Shown: positions 32,838 through 42,780 of the stretch, piece after piece
Layout: each line of letters starts with the position of its first letter
Position numbering within the stretch: position 1 is the first letter of the stretch
Assembly (NCBI GenBank): GCA_963776345.1
Contig: CAVZMH010000022.1
Span: 1-64,000 of the forward strand
Reading direction: 5' to 3'
Source of the DNA: an uncultured delta proteobacterium
Lineage (GTDB): Bacteria > Myxococcota > Myxococcia > Myxococcales > Myxococcaceae
Length of the DNA stretch: 64,000 bases
Position numbers and translations under genes: made by a program
The notes under the pieces: model-generated
Seen by the model: only the letters and a program-made list of their open reading frames with translations
What the model was told of the DNA's origin: nothing
Databases searched by the model: none

Positions 32838-34568
32838 GTGGCGGAGACGAACGGCAATCCGGCGGGTGACGGCCGTGAGGCGGACTGGCTCGACGTGGCG
32901 CTGGCCCGCGCGGCCGGCGCCTCGCCCGTGGCGGGCAACCGCATCCAGCTGCTCCGGGACGGCCCGGAGAACTTCCCCGCCTGGCTGGAGGCCATCGCCT
33001 CCGCCCGCCGGTACATCTACTTCGAGACGTACATCTTCCACCGCGATCGCACCGGGCAACAGTTCGTCGATGCGCTCTGCGCCCGCGCGCGCGACGGCGT
33101 GCAGGTCCGCTTCCTCTACGACTGGGCCGGCTGCTTCGGCACCCCTTCGCGGGTGTGGCGCACCCTCCGGGAGGCCGGCGTCGAGGTCCGCTGCTTCAAC
33201 CCGTTCGACTGGGCCAGCCCCCTCGGCTGGGTGCACCGCGATCACCGCAAGACGGTGAGCGTGGACGGCCGGGTGGGCTTCATCTCCGGGCTCTGCGTCG
33301 GAGACGCCTGGGCCGGAGATCCGGAAAAGGGCATCCCTCCGTGGCGCGACACCGGGGTGCAGATCGAGGGGCCCGCGGTGGCCGACGTGGAGCAGGCGTT
33401 CGCCCGGGTCTGGGCCACGCTGGGGTCGCCGCTGCCCGAGGGCGAGCGCCGGCCGCGCTCGGAGATGGAGACCGCCGGCGAGACGCGGCTCCGGGTCTTC
33501 AGCGACGAGCCCGGCACGGCAGGGCTGCTCCGCCTCGATCAATTCATCGCCGGCGCTGCACGGCAGTCGCTGTGGATCACCGACGCGTACTTCGTCGGGA
33601 CGCCGCCCTACGTGCAGGCGCTCCGGGCGACGGCGCTCGATGGCGTCGACATCCGGCTCCTGGTCCCCGGCTCGAGCGACCTCCCGGCGCTGCAGCCCTT
33701 CTCCCGCGCGGGCTTCCGGACGCTGCTCGAGGCCGGCATCCGCGTCTTCGAGTGGAAGGGCCTGATGCTCCACGCCAAGACCGCGGTCTGCGACGGTCGG
33801 TGGGCGCGCGTGGGCTCCACCAACCTGAACATCGCGAGCTGGCTCGGCAACTACGAGCTGGACGTGGCGCTGGAGGACGAGGGGTTCGCCGGCGAGATGG
33901 AGGACATGTTCCTCTCCGATCTGGAGAACTCCACGGAGCTGGTGCTCGCCGGGAAGAGGCTTCGCAGCTCGGAGCCCAGGCCCCGGAGGCAGCGGCTCCC
34001 CCGCCGGGTGCGCGGCAGCGCGGGGCGGGCGGCGGCGGGCGCGCTCCGGGTGGGGAACACCGTTGGCGCGGCGATCAGAGAGCGGCGGACGCTCGAGAGC
34101 GGCGAGCGGCGGACGGTGCTCTTCGGCGGTCTCACGCTCCTGGTGCTGTCGCTGCTCTGGTCGTTCTTCCCGCGCGTGCTCGCGGTGCCGGTGGCCGTCC
34201 TGCTCGGGTGGCTCGCGCTGTCGCTGCTCTGGAAGGCGTGGCGGCTGAAGACGCCGGTCCAGAATGCGAGCCCGGCGTCGCTGCCCACCACCAACGACGG
34301 CACGACGGCCGCGCCACGGCCACGGCCACGGGCCGGCCGGCGGCTCCGCTGCGGGGTGATGCATCCGGCTAGACACCACCCGGTTTCGGGGCTGGCGGCA
34401 GGCCCCCGATCCGGAGCAGCCTCCCGCGGTTCGATCCCCAAACCCGCTGGAGGCGCCCCATGCATCGCCCCGTTCGGCTGTCCATCCTCGTCGCAGTGCT
34501 CTCGGTCGTCGCCCTCGCCGCCGACGCGAAACCGCCCTCGACGGAGGACGGGCAGGTGGCGCACGTGA
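32838..34568 (+). CDS. Phospholipase D-family / cardiolipin synthase-like protein (3' end uncertain, may be about 34372)
   Basis: Two HKD motifs (DHRKTVSVD, LHAKTAVCD), WRDT, GSTN, C-terminal TM pair. The tail overlaps the next gene. Confidence 0.88.
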   Translation: MAETNGNPAGDGREADWLDVALARAAGASPVAGNRIQLLRDGPENFPAWLEAIASARRYIYFETYIFHRDRTGQQFVDALCARARDGVQVRFLYDWAGCFGTPSRVWRTLREAGVEVRCFNPFDWASPLGWVHRDHRKTVSVDGRVGFISGLCVGDAWAGDPEKGIPPWRDTGVQIEGPAVADVEQAFARVWATLGSPLPEGERRPRSEMETAGETRLRVFSDEPGTAGLLRLDQFIAGAARQSLWITDAYFVGTPPYVQALRATALDGVDIRLLVPGSSDLPALQPFSRAGFRTLLEAGIRVFEWKGLMLHAKTAVCDGRWARVGSTNLNIASWLGNYELDVALEDEGFAGEMEDMFLSDLENSTELVLAGKRLRSSEPRPRRQRLPRRVRGSAGRAAAGALRVGNTVGAAIRERRTLESGERRTVLFGGLTLLVLSLLWSFFPRVLAVPVAVLLGWLALSLLWKAWRLKTPVQNASPASLPTTNDGTTAAPRPRPRAGRRLRCGVMHPARHHPVSGLAAGPRSGAASRGSIPKPAGGAPCIAPFGCPSSSQCSRSSPSPPTRNRPRRRTGRWRT

Positions 34569-34903
34569 AGGACGCGAAGTGGAACCCGGTGAAGCTGCCG
34601 ATCCCCCCCGGAGTGATGGCCTCCCCCATCGCCGTGGATCCGGTCGGCGGAGGCTCGATCGTCTACGCGAAGTTCGCCGCCGGGTACGCGTTCCCCAAGC
34701 ACTGGCACTCGGCGACCGAGTACACCACGCTGATCAGCGGGAAGGTCCGGTTCACGGTCGAGGGCAAGGCCCACGACCTCGAGCCGGGGAGCTACATCGT
34801 CATCCCGCCCAAGGCGCACCACGACGCCGTGTGCGCCGCGGGTTCGGATTGCGTGCTCCTCACCCGCCGCGGCGGGCCGACCGACTACAACTGGGTGAAG
34901 TGA
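34460..34903 (+). CDS. Exported cupin-domain protein
   Basis: Signal peptide; PKHWHSATEY...ISG and PGSYIVIPPKAHH cupin motifs. Confidence 0.85.
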   Translation: MHRPVRLSILVAVLSVVALAADAKPPSTEDGQVAHVKDAKWNPVKLPIPPGVMASPIAVDPVGGGSIVYAKFAAGYAFPKHWHSATEYTTLISGKVRFTVEGKAHDLEPGSYIVIPPKAHHDAVCAAGSDCVLLTRRGGPTDYNWVK

Positions 34904-34957
34904 CCGGAGCGTCAGCGCGCCAGGCGACCGGCAGGTGCCAGCGCTCGCGACCGTGGA

Positions 34958-35731
34958 CTATCCGCGGGGCGGGCGAGCCGGGAGCAGCGCCTCCGCCCGG
35001 GCGAGGTCCTCGGGCGTGTCGACGCCGATGCTCGGGTGGGCCGTCCGGACGCAGCGGATCCGGATCCCGTGCTCCAGCGCGCGCAGCTGCTCGAGCGACT
35101 CGGCGCGCTCGAGCGGCGTCGGCGCCAGCGTGGCGAGGCGGAGGAGCGTCGCCCGCCGGTACCCGTAGAGCCCCTGGTGTGCCCAGCGTTCGACCGGTGA
35201 ACCGCTCCGGTCGAACGGCACGTCCGCGCGGCTGAAGTAGAGCGCGTCCGAGCGCAGGTCGACGAGCGCCTTCACCACGTTGGGGTTGCTCCGCTCCTCG
35301 GGGCGGAGCGCTCGGATGAGGGTGGCCATCTCCACCGCCGGGTCCTCGAACGCGCCTGCCAGCGCGCGGAGCGCCTCCGGGTGGATCAGCGGCTCGTCGC
35401 CCTGGACGTTGACCACCACCTCGACCTCGCGGGGCAGCCGGGTGGCGACCTCGGCGACCCGGTCGGTCCCCGAGGGGTGATGCGCCGCGGTGCGCTCCAC
35501 CGTGCCACCGGCCGCCGTCACCGCCGCGGCGATGCGCTCGTCGTCGGTGGCCACTCGCACGTCCGAGAACGCGCCCGAGCCGCGGCAGGCCTCGAGGACG
35601 TGGACGACGATGGGACGTCCGGCGAGCAGGGCCAGCGGCTTGCCGGGGAAGCGGGTGGAGGCCCAGCGGGCGGGGATGACGGCGACGGGCTTCACGCGGG
35701 TCTCCCGTGGACTATCCACCGCCTGCGCCAT
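34958..35731 (-). CDS. kdsB: 3-deoxy-manno-octulosonate cytidylyltransferase
   Basis: VIPARWASTRFPGKPL, SGTDR, VNVQGDEP, ALYFSR, ESLEQLRALE, GVDTPEDL. Confidence 0.96.
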   Translation of the reverse strand: MAQAVDSPRETRVKPVAVIPARWASTRFPGKPLALLAGRPIVVHVLEACRGSGAFSDVRVATDDERIAAAVTAAGGTVERTAAHHPSGTDRVAEVATRLPREVEVVVNVQGDEPLIHPEALRALAGAFEDPAVEMATLIRALRPEERSNPNVVKALVDLRSDALYFSRADVPFDRSGSPVERWAHQGLYGYRRATLLRLATLAPTPLERAESLEQLRALEHGIRIRCVRTAHPSIGVDTPEDLARAEALLPARPPRG

Positions 35732-35789
35732 CTCCCGCCACTGAGGAGGCTGAATCGTGCGAGGGCCCCGGTTATGCCGGCCCCACGGT

Positions 35790-36025
35790 CATCCTCCCTG
35801 GATCCGACCTTCCAGGCCGGGCTCCACGGCGACATGTTCATCGCCGGCAACGACGCGGCTGCGAAGTCGAAGGTGGCGGAGATCGTCCGTGGTTTCGGCT
35901 GGGAGGTGGTGGACGCCGGCGGCATCCGGGCCTCGCGGGTCCTCGAGCCGATGTGTGAGCTCTGGGTCTACGTGGGCGTCAGCACGGGGAAGTGGAACCA
36001 CGCCTTCAAGCTGATCCGCACCTGA
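35790..36025 (+). pseudogene. 3' remnant of an F420-dependent NADP oxidoreductase-like (dinucleotide-binding) gene
   Basis: DMFIAGNDAAAKSKVAEIVRGFGWEVVDAGGIRASRVLEP resembles the family C-terminus. The Rossmann N-terminus is absent and there is no room for it before kdsB. Confidence 0.7.
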
Positions 36026-36098
36026 GCCGGGCGGCCGGCGAGGGGCCTCCGCCGCGGTGCTCCGCCACGGTGCCAGACACCTCGTTACCTGGCCAGCC

Positions 36099-36731
36099 TC
36101 AGATCGGGGAGAGCTCCTTCGTCATGAGCATCGGCCCTCCCTGGTCGGCGATGGAGCCGAAGCACGACCGGCCCTCGAACCGGTGGTCCTGGTACGAGCG
36201 CCGCACCCGCTCGACGAATCCCTGCTTCCGGAAGACGTGCTGCGAGGTCCGGTTCGTGGCTTCGGTGACCGCCACCCGGTAGCCCCTGCGCGCTCCGCGC
36301 GCCAGGCACGCCGACACCAGCGCCTGCGCGATGCCCTGGCCCGCGAAGCGCGGGTCGACCCCCAGGAGGAAGAGGTGCAACGACTCGCCGGGGCGGATGG
36401 TCCGGCCGCTCCGGTACTCGGTGTCCAGCTGGCCCAGGATGTCGAAGATGGGGTCGAGCCTCGGGCTCAGGCGAGCCATTCCCTCGGGAGGCGCGGACGT
36501 GGAGTCCTCGGTGAGCAGTGCACCGACCATCTCGCCCGTCTCGCTGGACCGAGCGACGATCGTGAGCCCCTCCCTGGCCGCCCCGGGACAGAGCAGCCGG
36601 ACGAACGGCTCGAAGTCGGACGGCTCCACACCGACCGCCACCGCGGGCGGATCGTGCCGGGGGAACACCTCGGCCAGCAGACGCGTCATCTCGTCCGCAT
36701 CCGCTGCCGTGTAGACGCCGTAGGTCGTCAT
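36099..36731 (-). CDS. GNAT-family N-acetyltransferase
   Basis: LGVDPRFAGQGIAQALV acetyl-CoA motif; TNRTSQHVFRKQGF. Confidence 0.85.
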   Translation of the reverse strand: MTTYGVYTAADADEMTRLLAEVFPRHDPPAVAVGVEPSDFEPFVRLLCPGAAREGLTIVARSSETGEMVGALLTEDSTSAPPEGMARLSPRLDPIFDILGQLDTEYRSGRTIRPGESLHLFLLGVDPRFAGQGIAQALVSACLARGARRGYRVAVTEATNRTSQHVFRKQGFVERVRRSYQDHRFEGRSCFGSIADQGGPMLMTKELSPI

Positions 36732-37756
36732 CTCGCCTTCGCCGCGCCAGGGCGCCTCCGGGGCGCACGCCCGCGGACCTGGGCAGGAACCGGACGGCCG
36801 GTCAGCGCCGCGCGGATCACGGGGTACACCCGCGGGCTCCGCGGAAGCGCCAGGTGTCCGACGCCTCCGACCACCGTGATGCGCTCGGGCGGGAAGACCG
36901 GCGCGCCCTGGTACGCCCGCGCCCGCGCGCTCGCCAGCGGCACGAGGCCGTCGCCGAGAAGCCAGGACAGCGGGTGGAGCGGATCGGCGTGCAGGGCGCC
37001 GACGATGGCGTGGTGGGTGCCCTCTGCCGGCAGCGGGACCCAGGCGCCGTCCGGGCTGAGGTCACCGTGCGCCAGGTCCTTCACCCCGGCGCTGCGGAGG
37101 TCGGCCACCGCCCCGACCAGACGCGTCCAGGGAATGGGGAGCGCCTTGAGCAGCGACGTGGTGACCCGGCCGGCACGCTCGAGCGGGGCCCCGAGGTGCG
37201 GAACTCCGAGGTGAAGGGTGTGCTGGACGCTGGGCACCCACTCCGCGGAACGCGCCGCGCCCTGCTCGAGCGCGCTGCGGAGGACCAGCCCGCCCATGCT
37301 GTAGCCGATCAGGTCGAGCTCCGTCAGGGGCACGGGCCAGAACGCGACCAGCGCATCGAGGAGGATGTCCAGTGCCGCGCCGCTGTCGCGGACCGATCGT
37401 CCGGTGTTGTAGCGGAGGAACACCGGGGTGAGGCCGGCCTCCCGCTCGAGCAGCGTGCCGTAGCTCGTGCGCGGCCGCCCGGGGTAGCGCCAGACCGTCT
37501 CGGTGACGCCCAGCCCGTGGAGCCACACCGTGACCCGCGGGCCGGCGCGGGGGAAGGCACGCTTCAGCCCCGCGAACGACGGCCTGAACGCGCGATCGCC
37601 CTGGACGATGCGCATCTCCGCGTCGAGACCGGAGGCATGGAGCCGGTCGCCCACGGACGCGTGGAGGACCGCCGCGACCTCGGGCAGCGTCACGGGCGTC
37701 TCCCGGAGCTCTTGCGTCGGCGGGGCGATGGGCGAGGCACCGGGCGACAGTGGCAT
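36728..37756 (-). CDS. PGAP1-like alpha/beta hydrolase (lipase/esterase)
   Basis: LHG, YNTG, GYSMGG nucleophile elbow, LGVPHLGAPLE, GDGLV, GH. Confidence 0.85.
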   Translation of the reverse strand: MPLSPGASPIAPPTQELRETPVTLPEVAAVLHASVGDRLHASGLDAEMRIVQGDRAFRPSFAGLKRAFPRAGPRVTVWLHGLGVTETVWRYPGRPRTSYGTLLEREAGLTPVFLRYNTGRSVRDSGAALDILLDALVAFWPVPLTELDLIGYSMGGLVLRSALEQGAARSAEWVPSVQHTLHLGVPHLGAPLERAGRVTTSLLKALPIPWTRLVGAVADLRSAGVKDLAHGDLSPDGAWVPLPAEGTHHAIVGALHADPLHPLSWLLGDGLVPLASARARAYQGAPVFPPERITVVGGVGHLALPRSPRVYPVIRAALTGRPVPAQVRGRAPRRRPGAAKAR

Positions 37757-37849
37757 GACCGGCGGGGCGGCGCGAGCCTCGGGGCCTTCGCCATCTTCGC
37801 GCGCGCGAGCAACCCCACGGCCGAACCGCTCTGCGGCGATGCCTTCCGT

Positions 37850-40318
37850 TCAACCCGAGGCGAGAACGAACCGATCACCTTCGAGCGAGACCTTGAGGAC
37901 GGTGTCCTGGTCCTTCTCCACCCGGATGGGCTGAGAGAGCTCCTGGCCAGGGGCGTGAACCACCACCCGGTAGCTGCCGGTCCTCAGCTCCAGACCCAGG
38001 GTGCTGCTCTCGCTGCCTGCAACCACCTGGCCCCCCTCGTCGAGGACCTCGAAGGGAACGGCCTGCAGGGCGGAGAGGATCACCGCTCGGGCCAGGGCAT
38101 TGCCATCCTGGGCGGCGTAGAAGCGCCCTCCAGTCGAGCTGGCCAGTCCGTCGAGCTCGGCCTGAACCTGCTTTCCGGTCAGGGTGAAGCCCACGATGTT
38201 GAGTGTGACGTCCACGCCCGAGGTCCGGAGCTTCTCCGCGGCGGCGGCCAGGTCGCCGTGGCAGCTCTCCTCGCCATCGGTGATGAGGATGACCGATCCC
38301 CCGCCGACCGCCTTCAGGTCGTCGGGGGAAGCCAGGACCGAGCGCACCAGCGGCGTTTCCCCGCGGGGTCGTAGCCTTCGGGCGACGTCGAGCAGACGCT
38401 TCCGGTCGAGCGGCGACGGAGGGACGACCAGCTCGGTGTCCTCGCAGGTTCGGGGAGAGCGGGAGGGGAAGCGATGCCCGTACGTCCGGAGCGCGACCTT
38501 GAACTCCGCGGGGAGACTGCCAACGACCTCCTCCAGGACCGAGAGCGCCGTCTTCCAGCGGGTGCTGTGACCCAGGGCCTCCTTCATCGAGCCGGAGGCG
38601 TCGAGGATGATCTCCACGTTCCGGGACGCTGGCTTGCGGGCTGACTCGAACAGGACCTGAAGGCCGCCGGTTCGCTCCGCGCTGTAGGTCCCTGCGAGCC
38701 CGATCGCCGCCCACATGGTGGGGTCGAAGTTGGTGGGCCGCATGCTCTGCGTATTGATCGCCTTCCAGGGACCCACCACCCCGGCCCGCCCATCTCGCAT
38801 CTGGGTCTCGAGGAGATACTGGACTCCGCGTCGGAAGACCCGGGAGTGGGTGCTGGCCCCTGCCTGCTTCAGGGCATACAGGACCTGGCCGGTGGCGTAG
38901 GCGTTGGAGCCCGTCATGGTGGCTCGCTCCTTCCAGCCGCCGTCCTTCCACTGCTCGGCCGCGAGGTGCTCCAGCTCCGGTCGAATCAAACGTCGCTGCT
39001 GCGGGGTGCCGTAGCGGGCCAGCGTCACCACCTTGTACATCCGGTCCTGAGTGGTCTCGGTATCGGTGGCGGCGATCCAGGCGATGGCTCGATCCGCAGC
39101 GCGCCTGTACTTCTCCTCCCCGGTGCGCCGGTGGGCGTCGACCAGGGCTGCCGTGACGTTGGCCGTGCTCTGAAAGTGGCCCTGGATGATGGGAAAGCCC
39201 TCATTGTCGGCGATGTACCACCCCGGCGGGTACTCCTTGGGGAGGAGCCAGCCCACCGCTTTCTGCAGATTGGAATCTTCGGCCGCGCCCCGACGCTCAT
39301 CGGCAGAGGCGAGGGCCGTCGCGGCGAAGGCGGTGGCAGAAAGGGAGCCGTTGAACCACGAGCCGTCGTACTGACCCCCGTCCAGGCCCTGGTACCCGCG
39401 GATCTTCCGCTCCAGGAGCGCGAAGGACTCCTCGTCCACCACGTAGCCATTCTTCAGCCCGATGGCCTGCCCCAGCAGGACGTGGGCCTGCACATGGCAG
39501 CCGAAGCACTTGTTGGTGTGGTCCCAGTCAGGGGCTGCTTGTCCCAGCCAGTCGAGGCCGAGCTGGGCCGCCTGCCGGGGGCTCATCTTCCACTGAGCGA
39601 CCGTGGGCTCGCGCTCGGCCAGCGGTGTGTAGCCGGGGCGCGCTGCCTCGAAGACCCTCAGCTCGGAAAGCGCGATGCGTTCCGGGCTGCGTCCGGAGAC
39701 GATGCGGACCCGGAGGCGCTGAGCCTCCACCGGGCGGAAGACGATCCGCTGCTCACGTGGCTCGGGGCCGAGCGACTGCGCCGCGACCCGCTCGAAGGAA
39801 CCGGCGTCCTGCGCGCCCAGCACCCACACCTCGATGCCCCGGGGAGCCTCCGCCGCGTCGGGCGGCAGGACCACCGAGACCGCGGAGACCAGCACCGCGC
39901 GCCGCTCGAAGAACGAGAGGTCGATGTCGATGGGGTAGAGCACCCCTTCCCGGATTCGCCACACCGTCTCCACGTCGCCGTCGTTGAGGCACGGGCCCAG
40001 GTGTCCCGGGCCGAGGGAGCCGGTCACGTGATCGACGTGGCCTCCCAGGTCGGCGAGGGCGAGGTTGACCGCCGTGCTGGAGTCGGCCACGGGCCCATCT
40101 CCAGTGACCGCGCTGGGTCGGGGCGCTGACGAGGGTGCGGGGTCCGCGCGCGCGGATGAAGCGGCAGCACCGGCCGGGGGGCTTCTTGCGAGCTCGGTCG
40201 ATGCGGTGGCGGCGGGTGACCGTTCACGACGCGCCGCCCCCCCGAACCGGAGCGCCGCCGCGACCCCGAGTGCCACCAGGACCAGAGCAGCGGCAAGTGC
40301 GGCCCTCCGGGCCATCAT
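37850..40318 (-). CDS. Membrane-anchored multidomain protein: discoidin-like, prenyltransferase/squalene-cyclase-like barrel (with CxxCH), vWA
   Basis: N-terminal anchor; LNDGDVETVW...ALSELRVF; CFGCH; QW-like repeats YDGSW and QWKDGGW, NAYATGQVLYAL; MIDAS residues ILDASGSM, GETP, LITDG. Confidence 0.75.
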   Translation of the reverse strand: MMARRAALAAALVLVALGVAAALRFGGAARRERSPAATASTELARSPPAGAAASSARADPAPSSAPRPSAVTGDGPVADSSTAVNLALADLGGHVDHVTGSLGPGHLGPCLNDGDVETVWRIREGVLYPIDIDLSFFERRAVLVSAVSVVLPPDAAEAPRGIEVWVLGAQDAGSFERVAAQSLGPEPREQRIVFRPVEAQRLRVRIVSGRSPERIALSELRVFEAARPGYTPLAEREPTVAQWKMSPRQAAQLGLDWLGQAAPDWDHTNKCFGCHVQAHVLLGQAIGLKNGYVVDEESFALLERKIRGYQGLDGGQYDGSWFNGSLSATAFAATALASADERRGAAEDSNLQKAVGWLLPKEYPPGWYIADNEGFPIIQGHFQSTANVTAALVDAHRRTGEEKYRRAADRAIAWIAATDTETTQDRMYKVVTLARYGTPQQRRLIRPELEHLAAEQWKDGGWKERATMTGSNAYATGQVLYALKQAGASTHSRVFRRGVQYLLETQMRDGRAGVVGPWKAINTQSMRPTNFDPTMWAAIGLAGTYSAERTGGLQVLFESARKPASRNVEIILDASGSMKEALGHSTRWKTALSVLEEVVGSLPAEFKVALRTYGHRFPSRSPRTCEDTELVVPPSPLDRKRLLDVARRLRPRGETPLVRSVLASPDDLKAVGGGSVILITDGEESCHGDLAAAAEKLRTSGVDVTLNIVGFTLTGKQVQAELDGLASSTGGRFYAAQDGNALARAVILSALQAVPFEVLDEGGQVVAGSESSTLGLELRTGSYRVVVHAPGQELSQPIRVEKDQDTVLKVSLEGDRFVLASG

Positions 40319-42780
40319 TCGCCTCCGGGCTCCTTCATCGTGGCCAGCATCTCGACCACCAGCTCGATCGCCGATCCTGCGATGAACGAAGCCGTGTGGT
40401 GGAGCACTGCGCCGGTCCCGCAGAAGGCGGCACCAATCCCGGCCGCGGCAACTCCGCCGACGGTGATTCCTTCGTGTGCCTCGACGGCGATGGAAGCGAG
40501 AAGGAGGAATGCGCACACCCCGACGTGTTCCACGGTGCGGTCGATGATGCCCTCCTCGGCCACTCCCCCGAGCCCGTGCTCTCCGATGCCCAGGGTCGTG
40601 CCCGTGACCGGGTCCACGCGCCACCAGGAGGCGGAGCGCGCCTCTTCGCTCGTCCTCGGGCGGGCGATGACGAGGTATCCCCGCTTGAGATCTTCGCGGA
40701 TTCGGGCCTTGGCCTCGGGGGAGACCTCCAGCTGGGCAACTCCGGCGGTATCGCCCGGCGCGAGTCGGACCCATGGCCGCCCGGAAGCGAGGTCCATCGC
40801 GTGCTGCGCGGCGGTATTGGAGCGATCGCCAGGGCCCGGGAAGAGCGCGTGCTCGGTGGCTGTGTCGAGGACTCCCTGCGCGACCCGGTGGGAGAAGCTG
40901 AAGTCTGCCCCAGTGCGATTGGTGACGATGTCGAAGGCGATGCTCGCCGTCCAGCCTGCTCCACGCGGGCGCGCAGGCATCGACCAGAGGAGCGCGATGT
41001 TGGGAGCGATCGGCGGGGCGGGGGAGAGCGCCGCATTGCGCGAGCGATTCAGCGCCCAGCTCCACAGCGGAAAAGGTACGGATTGCTCGCCGAGCAGCTG
41101 GAAACTCTCGGCGGGTCGTCTCGGCGCGCTCACGAACGACGCTACCTGCTCCAGCGCGCTCGCCAGCCGCTGGCCACTCAACCGGGTCAGCCAATCCTGC
41201 GACGGAGTGCACCCGCTGACGAGGGCAGCGGTCTCGCCGGCGAGCGCCAAGCCCCGCTTCTCCTTCGCAGCGTCGTCAATCTTGGGCGCCTGGGAGCTCC
41301 CTGCAGCCCGAGCCGAGGGTTCGAGCAGATCGAACACCGCCCGGCGATGTTGCTCGACGGGTCGACCCGGCACGCGAACCTCGATCTCCAGCCACTCCGC
41401 GGTGATCCGCGTCGGGCCGCCGGATTCGTCCGGAGCCTTGGGGGCCTCTCTGGGAGCAGGGCCGCCGAAGGCTTGGGTGAACCCACCGGCCATCTTCGAG
41501 CCCACGGCGGCCACCGCGCTGCCGGCGAATCCGAGCTGACTCTTCGTCGCCTGGTTGGCGGGCAACACCTCAGCGCGCAGGGTGTACAGCCGGTCGGTCA
41601 GCTCCTCCGAACCGAGGGTCAGCACCGGCTCGATGACCCAGGCGCTCCTCAGCGCCTGAACGTAGGCGGCAGCGGGATCCGCGCTGGCTAAGATCGAATC
41701 GAGCGGTGGCTCGGGCAGAAGCCGGTGCCTCAGGGTGAAGGACTTCCCAACGAGATCGGCGACAGCCCACGTACGCTCGAAGACCGTGTTCTCGGCGGTG
41801 CCTCCGGCTTGCCGGCTCTCGAACAGAACGCGAAAGGTGACCCGATGGCGGAGATCCTCCGGAATCTGGTCCGGCGAGAAAGTGCTCGTGGCCGCGAGGC
41901 GACCGACCGTGTCCTCATCGGGATCGAGGTCCTGCCATTCGGCACTCGCCTGGCGCTGCACCCAGAAGTGGTCGGCGAGGACCTCGTCGGTCTCTGCCGC
42001 CAGGTCCGCGTCGCGCTTCTCCAGTGCTCCGACCGAGGCGTTCACCGCCGGGAGCACCTTGGACATCAGATCCTTCACGGCGGACCCGAAAGCCTCGTCA
42101 CCCCGAATCCGCGCGGTGATGGTCTGGTCGAGCTTGCCCGCTGGCAGGGGCACGGTGGCGAATGTCCGGGTCAGCTCGGCGCGATCGAGCGGAGGCATGG
42201 GGTCAGGGCTCCACCGCCGGGCGGCCAGGGTGGAACGGAGCACGCTCGCCACCTGCTTGTTGAGTGTCGCCCGGGCAATCCGGACCGCGTGCCCGGCTCG
42301 CTTGAGCAGATCCGCGGTGAAGAGCGCACGGTCCAGGCTGTTGCCCGAGCGATCCATGAGGACGCCGGGAGCAGCCCGGAGCAGCCCACGGTAGGCAACG
42401 TGCCGGGTGTTCTCCCGGACCCAGCGGAGGATGGCCTCCGGTTCCGGACCGGTGTGCCGGACCACCACCGCCGCGTCCTCGTGATCGCGAGGGGTCTGGT
42501 CGACGATCGAACGGGAGACCGTGGCAAGCGCACGGGCCTGGTCGGCCAGTCGAGCGCGCTCGGCGGCGCCGGCGTCACTCTCCGCGGGGCCCGTCGGGCC
42601 CCGGGCGGCCTTCTCCGGCTCCTTCGACGGTCCGGGTGGGGCCACGCTGGGAGGGGTGCTTCCGGTTCCCGGCCCCGGCGAGGGGCTTCGATTCCCACAG
42701 CCCCGGCCGCAGCCGAGGAGGAGGAGGGCTCCCAGCGTGAGCCACCACGCGGAGGTGACCCGCCGGCGTGTTCTGTCCAT
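40315..42780 (-). CDS. Large lipoprotein with a transglutaminase-like domain (Cys replaced by Ser)
   Basis: Lipobox LLGC; WVRENT..YRG...GNSLDRALFTADLL, HFWVQ, WQDLDP; hydrophobic Gly/Ala-rich C-terminus. ATGA overlap with the next gene. Confidence 0.7.
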   Translation of the reverse strand: MDRTRRRVTSAWWLTLGALLLLGCGRGCGNRSPSPGPGTGSTPPSVAPPGPSKEPEKAARGPTGPAESDAGAAERARLADQARALATVSRSIVDQTPRDHEDAAVVVRHTGPEPEAILRWVRENTRHVAYRGLLRAAPGVLMDRSGNSLDRALFTADLLKRAGHAVRIARATLNKQVASVLRSTLAARRWSPDPMPPLDRAELTRTFATVPLPAGKLDQTITARIRGDEAFGSAVKDLMSKVLPAVNASVGALEKRDADLAAETDEVLADHFWVQRQASAEWQDLDPDEDTVGRLAATSTFSPDQIPEDLRHRVTFRVLFESRQAGGTAENTVFERTWAVADLVGKSFTLRHRLLPEPPLDSILASADPAAAYVQALRSAWVIEPVLTLGSEELTDRLYTLRAEVLPANQATKSQLGFAGSAVAAVGSKMAGGFTQAFGGPAPREAPKAPDESGGPTRITAEWLEIEVRVPGRPVEQHRRAVFDLLEPSARAAGSSQAPKIDDAAKEKRGLALAGETAALVSGCTPSQDWLTRLSGQRLASALEQVASFVSAPRRPAESFQLLGEQSVPFPLWSWALNRSRNAALSPAPPIAPNIALLWSMPARPRGAGWTASIAFDIVTNRTGADFSFSHRVAQGVLDTATEHALFPGPGDRSNTAAQHAMDLASGRPWVRLAPGDTAGVAQLEVSPEAKARIREDLKRGYLVIARPRTSEEARSASWWRVDPVTGTTLGIGEHGLGGVAEEGIIDRTVEHVGVCAFLLLASIAVEAHEGITVGGVAAAGIGAAFCGTGAVLHHTASFIAGSAIELVVEMLATMKEPGGE

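Noticed and set aside
34312..34332. Short GCCACG tandem repeat
   Set aside because: Only about three units in a low-complexity tail of a GC-rich gene; no evidence for phase variation
31236..34379. 1047 aa minus-strand ORF (also 42803..46297 on minus and 46726..49386 on plus)
   Set aside because: Antisense shadows spanning well-supported genes on the opposite strand
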